Under the pieces are notes generated by a model. It saw only the letters and a program-made list of their open reading frames with translations. It did no database searches and was not told the origin of the DNA. A program made the translations under genes and the position numbers. A stretch of 28,818 nt of DNA from a virus (lineage: Duplodnaviria; Caudoviricetes): positions 1-28,818 of IMG/VR virus record IMGVR_UViG_3300025066_000116; one strand, 5' to 3'. Numbering within the stretch: position 1 is the first letter of the stretch; every line of letters begins with the position of its first letter. Below are positions 17,779-24,560 of the stretch, piece by piece.

Positions 17779-17810
17779 CAAACATACGAATAATTATTGA
17801 CATATCCAAA
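17779..17810 (-). promoter_or_regulatory. Canonical Bacteroidota sigma-A promoter
   Basis: Minus strand TTTG-N20-TATGTTTG. Confidence 0.75.
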
Positions 17811-17960
17811 TTTATTTTAATATTTTTTAAAAAATTTTACCATGTGTCCTATTTGAGAGAGTACCTCTAATCAAACTGGGGCTATGTTTTGCGGTGGGAA
17901 ACCCCCCCATTCGCAAACTATGTATAATCTAACTTTTGGGGTAAATATAAGGAAATTGTC

Positions 17961-18431
17961 ATGGACAAAAAAACATTTAATTGCCGCGTTAATCCAGCAA
18001 CCTGGACACGCGAGAGAGACGGTAAAGAGTTTGACGCCTTCCTATTCTCAGGCGGTCACATCATTATGTCTGAAGAAGACACAGATGATGGCACTGTTGA
18101 AGTTGAGCTTGATGCCCAATTCACTTTGCGTATTGATCGAGACGCTCAAGACGAAATTATGGAAGAAATTCTTGAAAGTTTTGGCAGCTCTCCCGAAGAA
18201 GTTGAACATCTTGGTAGATCTGTTGTTGCCGCAGGGTTGGCACATGAGTTCCCAATCGAAATAGATTGGGCCACTGTTACCCTTGGCAAGAAACTCGTAT
18301 CTGAGTATTCAAACGCTGAGAGCGGTCTCATTCAGAGAGTTCGTCTGTCTAAGTCGGGCTTACGACAGGCGCTTACTGGCTTCTTGACTGAAGTGGATAC
18401 ACTTGTCAAAGCTGGCGAAATTACGGTGTAA
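17961..18431 (+). CDS. First early-arm gene, acidic hypothetical protein
   Basis: 156 aa; AAGGA upstream; followed by a terminator. Confidence 0.8.
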   Translation: MDKKTFNCRVNPATWTRERDGKEFDAFLFSGGHIIMSEEDTDDGTVEVELDAQFTLRIDRDAQDEIMEEILESFGSSPEEVEHLGRSVVAAGLAHEFPIEIDWATVTLGKKLVSEYSNAESGLIQRVRLSKSGLRQALTGFLTEVDTLVKAGEITV

Positions 18432-18466
18432 GGATACTACCTTTGGTAGTCACTTGCCTTACATGC

Positions 18467-18497
18467 AAGAAGGGGGCTGTTAGCCCTCTTCTTTTTT
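18467..18497 (+). terminator. Intrinsic terminator
   Basis: AAGAAGGGGGCT-gtt-AGCCCTCTTCTT then a T run; preceded by two small hairpins. Confidence 0.8.
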
Positions 18498-18573
18498 AAG
18501 GCCCTTACACACAGTGATAGAGAGTATATATTAGGCATAACTCATTAAGTATTAATTAATTAGAACTAATCCA

Positions 18574-18705
18574 ATGGTAGAAGACATCAATGTTACTCCA
18601 GAGTTATTCGTAGAAGAATTACTTAGAGATAAGGACGTCAATGTTGAGGGATGGGTGGATCATTTACTATCCTCGCCCTCAGACATTCAAGCAGTATCAT
18701 TCTAA
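18574..18705 (+). CDS. 43-aa acidic hypothetical peptide
   Basis: MVEDINVTPELFVEELLRDKDVNVEGWVDHLLSSPSDIQAVSF; AT-rich leader. Confidence 0.5.
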   Translation: MVEDINVTPELFVEELLRDKDVNVEGWVDHLLSSPSDIQAVSF

Positions 18706-18738
18706 ATGCACTGCTTCATAGATTAATAGCCTTTTATA

Positions 18739-18803
18739 GGAAAGCGTATAAGCATCATTGAGGTATAATTATCTTAATTACACCTCTTTGATGTACGCTA
18801 TCC
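18739..18803 (+). other. Long imperfect hairpin
   Basis: GCGTA..CATCA..GAGGT.TAATT-atctt-AATTA.ACCTC..TGATG.TACGC. Confidence 0.55.
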
Positions 18804-18844
18804 CATTACAAACATACAAATAACCGTTCAAAAAACAAGAAAAC

Positions 18845-19153
18845 ATGCCAAGTTGTTTTAAATTATTCAAAAAGACTGATGGTCAAGCACAGTCGTTAAA
18901 CAAGCTTGATGAAGAAATTTGTACCCTTTTAGGTGTACCTGTTCACCCTAAGAAGTATGGTGGACATATCTATAACTGGTTTGATACTGTTGGTTTTCAA
19001 ATAGCTACTGGTAAAGACCTAGGTTCTCAAGAATTACGTGACCACTACCTCTCTCCAATGTGGATTGAAGATACGTGGATTATCAAGGTGATCGACTACC
19101 TTGAGGATAACTATACTAGCCACAGCTTCTATCAACCGAAGCATGTGGACTAG
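18845..19153 (+). CDS. Hypothetical protein
   Basis: 102 aa; A-rich leader; LDEEIC..LGVPVHPK.Y...WFD.VG motif. Confidence 0.8.
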   Translation: MPSCFKLFKKTDGQAQSLNKLDEEICTLLGVPVHPKKYGGHIYNWFDTVGFQIATGKDLGSQELRDHYLSPMWIEDTWIIKVIDYLEDNYTSHSFYQPKHVD

Positions 19154-19600
19154 TTCCATTAATAGTGAGTTTGGTCCTTAACAGGATGGGTTCTCTGCAA
19201 AATACTACCAGTAATGATAGTTGCTATTATTAATCTTTATGGTCTCCCAATTATCCAATAGTCACTCGTTGGATGATAGAGATCATGATGGAATATCAAG
19301 GAGTGAATGAGTTAATGGATATAATAATACACCATTGGCAATATAACCCGTATTAAGAGTTCTCATAAAATAGTTAAGAGAGAACTTTGTCCTACCTGTC
19401 TAGGATGCTATAATTATGAACAACTGAAGAAAACTGAACCTCATAGAAGATAGAAGCACCTATTTATATGAAAATACTAAGTGTGGAGGTTTAACACCCG
19501 ATGAAGCATAGAGATCTGTAGAAAGGCTGCAGGTAAGACTTACGTTGTGCAAGTAAGACTAGGAGAGAGGCAGGACTCTCTGAAATATTTTTAAACTCAA
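19154..19600 (+). ncRNA. Candidate structured RNA region
   Basis: About 450 nt with no ORF of 60 aa or more and at least eight hairpins (see findings). Confidence 0.4.
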
Positions 19601-19618
19601 ACTATTAAAACCTATAAC

Positions 19619-19756
19619 ATGAAACTTCAGACAAATACTAAACAATCCACAGTCAATAACAAGATCAGAAGATTGACCAGACATCTCAAGAAGAATAATT
19701 ATTACGGTAACGATAAGCAAGCAATGGAAGCTCTTGCTAAATTAACTAAAGTATAG
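19619..19756 (+). CDS. 45-aa basic peptide with ribosomal S15-like motif
   Basis: MKLQTNTKQSTVNNKIRRLTRHLKKNNYYGNDKQAMEALAKLTKV; A-rich leader; ends 3 nt before the next ATG. Confidence 0.65.
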   Translation: MKLQTNTKQSTVNNKIRRLTRHLKKNNYYGNDKQAMEALAKLTKV

Positions 19757-19759
19757 CTC

Positions 19760-20080
19760 ATGAAAATAGGTGATGAAATAGTGTGTATTGATACCTCAAC
19801 TGTAGATAAATATGGTGTAGCTGGTAGTCCTATTAAAGGAGAGATATACACTATTATAGATGCAGCCGCATGTATTGAATGTGGAGAATATGAGATCAAT
19901 GTAGGATTAACAAGTACTCTTGGTACAAGATGTACCTGTGGTCATATTACTGATCCTGGACCTGTCTATAATGATCCCAAAAGATTTAGAAAAATTGAAA
20001 GACACACAGCTCAAGAGAATTGTGTCAATGTTCAATTGATTGAAGAAGGTTTGGATATTCCAACACCTGAATTAGTATGA
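19760..20080 (+). CDS. Zn-ribbon containing hypothetical protein
   Basis: MKIGDEIVCID start, CxxC and CxC, F-R-K motif. Confidence 0.75.
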   Translation: MKIGDEIVCIDTSTVDKYGVAGSPIKGEIYTIIDAAACIECGEYEINVGLTSTLGTRCTCGHITDPGPVYNDPKRFRKIERHTAQENCVNVQLIEEGLDIPTPELV

Positions 20081-20082
20081 TA

Positions 20083-20159
20083 TATGGAGTAGTTTAAGTA
20101 AAACATTATCTTGATGCGATGACAGGATATTATAAAGGTATCGATTCCTTTCTCCGTAC
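20083..20159 (+). tRNA. Atypical tRNA-like cloverleaf (identity unassignable; possibly pseudo-tRNA)
   Basis: Acceptor TATGGAG/CTCCGTA, D arm GTTT/AAAC, enlarged anticodon arm TATCTTG/CAGGATA, T arm AAAGG-TATCGATT-CCTTT; no encoded CCA. Confidence 0.55.
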
Positions 20160-20180
20160 TTAACACAAAAAACAGATACA

Positions 20181-20579
20181 ATGAAACATTTAATTCAAAT
20201 ATTTCCAGACAAATTTGCAGAAATTGCAGGTACTAATAATAAATTAGCCTGTATTGCATTAGCACAGGTTACTACTACTGCTATTCATGATATTCTTAAA
20301 GAATATGATGAAACAACAACCATTGAAACTCTTGTAGTAAATGGATTTAAGATGGATATTCTTGTTAAGGTCAATAAGGACATTAACTATAACACAATGA
20401 ATATGATTCTTACTGTATTTCCACAAGCAGTGGTAATTTCAAACAAAACAGCAGAACAGGCATTCACAGTAGAGGATAATATTTATTCTTATGTGCCAAT
20501 GAAACCAAGAACAATGACTGATCCACATTTCTGTATAGAATGTGGTCAAATTGCTCAACCTGATTGTCCAAACCATTAA
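20181..20579 (+). CDS. Hypothetical protein with C-terminal CxxC-x7-CxxH finger
   Basis: 132 aa; A-rich leader. Confidence 0.75.
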   Translation: MKHLIQIFPDKFAEIAGTNNKLACIALAQVTTTAIHDILKEYDETTTIETLVVNGFKMDILVKVNKDINYNTMNMILTVFPQAVVISNKTAEQAFTVEDNIYSYVPMKPRTMTDPHFCIECGQIAQPDCPNH

Positions 20580-20588
20580 TAATACTTT

Positions 20589-20623
20589 GAACGGTGGCCT
20601 TGCTTAATAGCGGGTCACTGTTC
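20589..20623 (+). other. GC-rich intergenic hairpin
   Basis: GAACGGTGGCCT(T)GCT-taat-AGCGGGTCACTGTTC. Confidence 0.6.
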
Positions 20624-20633
20624 TCTAAAATCA

Positions 20634-20822
20634 ATGATCATGATAACATTCTTTATAATAATAGTAGTACTTGCTCTTTATCTTTTAAGAGAAGAATATC
20701 GTATATATAATAATATTGATATATTCAACAGAGATGTAACTTTTAAAAGAGTAATAATAGCTGCAACAGGATTTATATCAATAATATTTCTTGCAATCAT
20801 GTGTATAATATATTTACCATGA
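20634..20822 (+). CDS. Small 2-TM membrane protein
   Basis: Two hydrophobic segments. Confidence 0.65.
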   Translation: MIMITFFIIIVVLALYLLREEYRIYNNIDIFNRDVTFKRVIIAATGFISIIFLAIMCIIYLP

Positions 20823-21058
20823 TATTTATCAACAAAGTATCTCATGAGACAAATTATCTGGCATCACATGCTGATAACTATAGTAAAGTACAAGAACGGT
20901 TCAGACAAAAGAACCCACATACTTTTAGTGTAGTACATGGTTCAACTCTACGTCCTAGATTTCCTTCATCAAAAATAGATTGGTTATTAGAAAGGTCACT
21001 CCATAATTTAATTGCAAAGGTCATACCATTCAATAATATTAAATTATTCAAAAGATGA
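20819..21058 (+). CDS. 79-aa KR-tail family protein
   Basis: ATG 20819 overlaps the upstream TGA; MIFINK...FNNIKLFKR. Confidence 0.7.
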   Translation: MIFINKVSHETNYLASHADNYSKVQERFRQKNPHTFSVVHGSTLRPRFPSSKIDWLLERSLHNLIAKVIPFNNIKLFKR

Positions 21059-21294
21059 TATTTATTAGAAAATATAGTAAGATAACTCATATCTTATATT
21101 GTGTAAGTGATAATTATACACGTATAATACATGACGAAGATTATATAAAGGTAAGAAAACCTACTACTATATATCTAGTAAAAGGAAAATTACCTTTGAC
21201 CCCTAGTAAAATTCAATGGGCTCATGATAGAAAACATCTAGCATTTGCAGCACCTTTCATTATGTTTAGAAATATAAGTGTATTTAAAAAATGA
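21055..21294 (+). CDS. 79-aa KR-tail family protein, paralogue of the preceding gene
   Basis: MIFIRK...FRNISVFKK; ATGA overlap. Confidence 0.7.
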   Translation: MIFIRKYSKITHILYCVSDNYTRIIHDEDYIKVRKPTTIYLVKGKLPLTPSKIQWAHDRKHLAFAAPFIMFRNISVFKK

Positions 21295-21479
21295 GATGGA
21301 TAAATATTGAAGATGATATACCTAAAAGATCAGGTAAATATATTGTCAAGACAAGAACTTCATTTAATAATATCAATGCGTTTCTAGCAGGATATAAATA
21401 TAATGAAGAAAAACAATCAGGTACATTTGATGTATCCAATCAAAGAATTACTCATTGGCTTAAATATCCACCTCTATGA
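21291..21479 (+). CDS. DUF551-like protein
   Basis: W-I-x-I-E-D-x-x-P...Y-I-V...ITHW..P pattern. Confidence 0.75.
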   Translation: MRWINIEDDIPKRSGKYIVKTRTSFNNINAFLAGYKYNEEKQSGTFDVSNQRITHWLKYPPL

Positions 21480-21754
21480 AATATACTACATATAATGTAA
21501 ATCTTCTTCGAATACCTATAGGAGATGTTCTCTGTTCTTTAACAGGAGGACGTTTACTACATTTTACAGGTGAATTTGGGAAAGAATTTCCTTTTAAAAC
21601 TACATTTAAAAATGCTTCAACTTATCATATATTAAAGAAATCAAATGAAGATTCAGTAGTATATAATTATGTACGATGGGCACAACAGAGAAGCTTAGTA
21701 GATCTAAGAGGTAAGACACTTTCTATTAAAAATCTTTCAACTTATCCAAGGTAA
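21476..21754 (+). CDS. KR-tail family protein (92 aa)
   Basis: Ends WAQQRSLVDLRGKTLSIKNLSTYPR. Confidence 0.65.
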   Translation: MKYTTYNVNLLRIPIGDVLCSLTGGRLLHFTGEFGKEFPFKTTFKNASTYHILKKSNEDSVVYNYVRWAQQRSLVDLRGKTLSIKNLSTYPR

Positions 21755-22014
21755 TGCAACAGTATATACATATAATGCCATTTAGTCTTCTTGAATTAAA
21801 AAGACTTAAATCTGCTAGATTGATACAGGCATTTGGTAGTACACAACATCCTTTAGGATTTGAAATAATGTATATTAAACGAATGTGTGTAGTAAAACAT
21901 GATGATTCTATTTATGCATATCATAAGATTCATGCTTATGCTTCCATACAGAGTACTACTGTTTCATTTGATCTAAAGATAACAATTAGACATTTAAGAA
22001 TATATAAAAGATAA
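21754..22014 (+). CDS. KR-tail family protein (86 aa)
   Basis: TAATG overlap; ends IRHLRIYKR. Confidence 0.65.
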   Translation: MQQYIHIMPFSLLELKRLKSARLIQAFGSTQHPLGFEIMYIKRMCVVKHDDSIYAYHKIHAYASIQSTTVSFDLKITIRHLRIYKR

Positions 22015-22157
22015 AGAACTCCATTGAGACTATAGAAAAAATCCATACTATAAATAGTACTCCATATACAGCTCTCTGATAAAGGTTTGAAGACCTGAAT
22101 TATAACTGTATAGCTATGAAAAAGTAATTTCACATTCAAATTAATTAAAACCCTTAA

Positions 22158-22291
22158 GGTTGTGAACGGATTCTATTCTTGGGAGAGAATAGTTAAGTGA
22201 TAAGATCTCCGACTTAGAGAGACTCACGATGGATTCTTCTTTTAACTTACACTCGGGTCGCAACTTAGCTGCGTAAGCAGTTTAAACAACC
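22158..22291 (+). ncRNA. Candidate multi-branched structured RNA
   Basis: Closing GGTTGT-GAAC/GTTT-ACAACC; internal CTATTCT/AGAATAG, TCTC/GAGA and CTGC-GTAA-GCAG (GNRA). Confidence 0.5.
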
Positions 22292-22298
22292 AGAGTTT

Positions 22299-22358
22299 AG
22301 AGAGTGGCACTATTTTTTGTGTCATAGGTTTTGTTGGTTAAGTGCCACTCTCTTTTTT
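22299..22358 (+). terminator. Terminator with 13-bp stem and 29-nt loop
   Basis: AGAGAGTGGCACT / AGTGCCACTCTCT followed by a T run. Confidence 0.7.
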
Positions 22359-22403
22359 CCTTTGAAACAATAACACCACTATATTAACACAAAAATCATT
22401 AAA

Positions 22404-22667
22404 ATGAAAGGTTTTGCATTTAAAATCAAAAAAGCGGTCACAAACAGGCCCAAAGATTATTCAGGTCTTCCAGGCCTGCTTCATAACATGGGTGTCTCTC
22501 AAATTATTAATAGTAATTTGCAATTACATTCTTTTGTTTGGAAAGAATCCCCAAGATCTATTTCAGCAACCTTCTTCTTTCAAACAGAAGAGAGTAGAGC
22601 AAGAATCAATGGATTTAAAGAACTTATTCGAGAAACAATAGAGTTTCATAAGAATATTCATAACTGA
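22404..22667 (+). CDS. Hypothetical protein
   Basis: 87 aa; A-rich leader. Confidence 0.65.
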   Translation: MKGFAFKIKKAVTNRPKDYSGLPGLLHNMGVSQIINSNLQLHSFVWKESPRSISATFFFQTEESRARINGFKELIRETIEFHKNIHN

Positions 22668-22671
22668 AAAA

Positions 22672-22773
22672 GTTTTATACTGTCTGATTACAGAACTTGC
22701 CAAAGTTTAGTCCAACAGGACATCCGTAGCCTCATGCCGTAAGGAGAGGATTAAAGTGTAGTAAGTATAGAAC
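22672..22773 (+). ncRNA. Candidate multi-hairpin RNA
   Basis: Closing GTTTTATACT/AGTATAGAAC enclosing TCTG/CAGA, ACTT/AAGT, GTCC/GGAC and CCTC..CC-GTAA-GG..GAGG. Confidence 0.5.
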
Positions 22774-22798
22774 GACAAACAATCTAAAATTAAACAAA

Positions 22799-23269
22799 AT
22801 GAATTGGTATTTAATATTTTATTTATTCGCATTAGCATCTAAGATCTCATTTACATTTAAAACTCTAGCAATAATATTTTCATTGATTGCAGGATTATGT
22901 TTTTTAATATGGATAATATCAGGTTTGGATGAAGATAGTTCAGGAGTTCCTGTTGTTAGAAAGATGTTCTGGATATTTGCTCCTTTGGCCTTTTTTGCTT
23001 GGAGTGTATGGGCATTTATACCTGACAGAAATGACATGCTATTGATAATAGCAGGTGGTTCTGTAGGAGAGTTCATAGCAGGTGATGAGAATGCTAAAGA
23101 GATTCCACATGATGTAACAAGATTTCTTAGAAAAGAGATACTTGAAGCTACTATGGAATCAGGTAATGAAGCATTGAAAGATGCTATTGGTATTGAATCA
23201 GAAGCAGATAAACTGAAGAAACTATCAAAAGAAGAACTTATTAAGTTACTTGAAAAACCAGACCCATGA
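22799..23269 (+). CDS. Membrane protein (2-3 TM)
   Basis: Hydrophobic N-terminal half; FIP...ML.I..GG motif; charged tail. Confidence 0.8.
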   Translation: MNWYLIFYLFALASKISFTFKTLAIIFSLIAGLCFLIWIISGLDEDSSGVPVVRKMFWIFAPLAFFAWSVWAFIPDRNDMLLIIAGGSVGEFIAGDENAKEIPHDVTRFLRKEILEATMESGNEALKDAIGIESEADKLKKLSKEELIKLLEKPDP

Positions 23270-23871
23270 AAAGTTCTAAAGGACAGTTATTTTGGAATGA
23301 GGTATTACAGGATAAACATTTTCATGCATTCTTTGAAAAATATCCAAATGTATCTGAACATTCCATTCTGGAACGATTTAAAGAAGGACTGGTAGGAATT
23401 ACAATTAATAACTCCTATTCAGACGCCTCTTGGGATGAATTTATCATTCTATGTAAAACTTCTTTTAAAAATGCTGATTCATACCCACCTAAGAAAAAAC
23501 AGGGTTATACTCATTTTTGGGCAAGACGAAATACTGAACAATATTATTCTGCAGGTAAAGGTAAAGAAGGTGCACATAATGTACATGATTGGATAACTTT
23601 TAACACATTCAAAAAGTTATTAAAACTAGAAAAAACAGAAATCACTAAAAATAAAGAAAATGAAGTACACGAAAAGACTGAAGAACAAGGAACAACAAGA
23701 TGCAAAGGTAATCGATCGGATCGGAAAAAGATCCAAATTGCAAGCGCAAGCAGACCTCGTGGAAGTAGAATCACAGATCGAAGAAAAAGAAGCAGAGCTC
23801 GAAGGTCTTCGATTAGCGGAGAAAGATTATTCTCTTACGAGAGTTGCGGAATGTATGACCTCCATCACTGA
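23266..23871 (+). CDS. Hypothetical protein with Arg/Ser-rich overlapping tail
   Basis: ATGA overlap start; last 212 nt overlap the next gene. Confidence 0.65.
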   Translation: MKSSKGQLFWNEVLQDKHFHAFFEKYPNVSEHSILERFKEGLVGITINNSYSDASWDEFIILCKTSFKNADSYPPKKKQGYTHFWARRNTEQYYSAGKGKEGAHNVHDWITFNTFKKLLKLEKTEITKNKENEVHEKTEEQGTTRCKGNRSDRKKIQIASASRPRGSRITDRRKRSRARRSSISGERLFSYESCGMYDLHH

Positions 23872-23932
23872 TCTTGTAACGATCTTTAAAGCTATGGAAG
23901 GAGAATTCAAATCAGAGTTTATAGATAAATAG
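23660..23932 (+). CDS. Coiled-coil protein
   Basis: KLQAQADLVEVESQIEEKEAELEGL heptads; A-rich leader. Confidence 0.75.
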   Translation: MKYTKRLKNKEQQDAKVIDRIGKRSKLQAQADLVEVESQIEEKEAELEGLRLAEKDYSLTRVAECMTSITDLVTIFKAMEGEFKSEFIDK

Positions 23933-23953
23933 TAGCAGGGCTATTGACAACAG

Positions 23954-23993
23954 ATAGGAGAATGTGGTGTAAAAACCCTTCTCCTATTTATTT
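23954..23993 (+). terminator. Terminator-like hairpin
   Basis: ATAGGAGAA..GGT-gtaaaa-ACC.TTCTCCTAT then TTATTT. Confidence 0.55.
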
Positions 23994-24014
23994 CATCACA
24001 CTAAAAAAAATATT

Positions 24015-24182
24015 ATGACACCACCTACAATAACCACTAAAGTAATGGCAGATATGAATGGAGACTTTTATGTCAGAGTTTATGTCAATGAAGTATTATG
24101 TTTTAGATCAATGTCTTTTAAAATACAAAAGAGAGCTGAAGAATATGCTCAAAATTTTGAAAATGCATTAAAACCTAAATAA
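24015..24182 (+). CDS. 55-aa hypothetical protein
   Basis: MTPPTITTKVMADMNGDFYVRVYVNEVLCFRSMSFKIQKRAEEYAQNFENALKPK; ends 1 nt before the next ATG. Confidence 0.65.
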   Translation: MTPPTITTKVMADMNGDFYVRVYVNEVLCFRSMSFKIQKRAEEYAQNFENALKPK

Positions 24183-24183
24183 A

Positions 24184-24558
24184 ATGAAAAGCAACACAGT
24201 AATTGAATTTACCCAACAGAACATAAGTGACGCGTATAATATTGGTGCATACATCATTCGTGATGATGTAAACATTGAAGAACGTGTACAATATGCATGT
24301 ACTTGGGTCAAGAAGATAGTCTATCAACTGACAATAGGTACAGATAAATACGGTCTTTGCTCAGCGTTAACTGATGGTTGGTGCTATTTTATTGGTTCTA
24401 AACAAGAATTGATAGATAAACTTAATAACTATGAGAATGGTAAGGATAAGGATGGTAACGCCAAGTTTATCAAGTGGAGATTTATGACTGAAGATGAGTT
24501 ATTATACCTTATTCAAAATCGTACAAATCAAGAACAACTTGTTCGCAATCCTACCTAA
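24184..24558 (+). CDS. Hypothetical protein
   Basis: 124 aa; YGL..LTDGW...KQEL...LN motif. Confidence 0.8.
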   Translation: MKSNTVIEFTQQNISDAYNIGAYIIRDDVNIEERVQYACTWVKKIVYQLTIGTDKYGLCSALTDGWCYFIGSKQELIDKLNNYENGKDKDGNAKFIKWRFMTEDELLYLIQNRTNQEQLVRNPT

Positions 24559-24560
24559 TC

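Noticed and set aside
17884-18264. 126-aa ORF overlapping the first early gene
   Set aside because: Alternative frame of 17961-18431, which has the better leader and terminator; its start lies in a hairpin.
19754-19762. Stop-codon reassignment (TAG-CTC-ATG in frame; some crAss-like phages recode TAG or TGA)
   Set aside because: All long genes are intact in code 11, and other TAG stops (19153, 23932) are followed quickly by further stops. No suppressor tRNA seen.
22065-22122. Hammerhead-like core CTGATAA-AGGT/ACCT-GAAT
   Set aside because: Core deviates from CUGANGA and GAAA, and stems I and III cannot both be formed.
22242-22325. Minus-strand peptide MTQKIVPLSKLWLFKLLTQLSCDPSVS as a type I toxin
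   Set aside because: No minus-strand promoter noticed and not a convincing TM helix; the antisense-loop reading is simpler.
22414-22641. 75-aa ORF nested in 22404-22667
   Set aside because: Non-ATG start in an alternative frame; the enclosing ORF has the typical A-rich ATG context.
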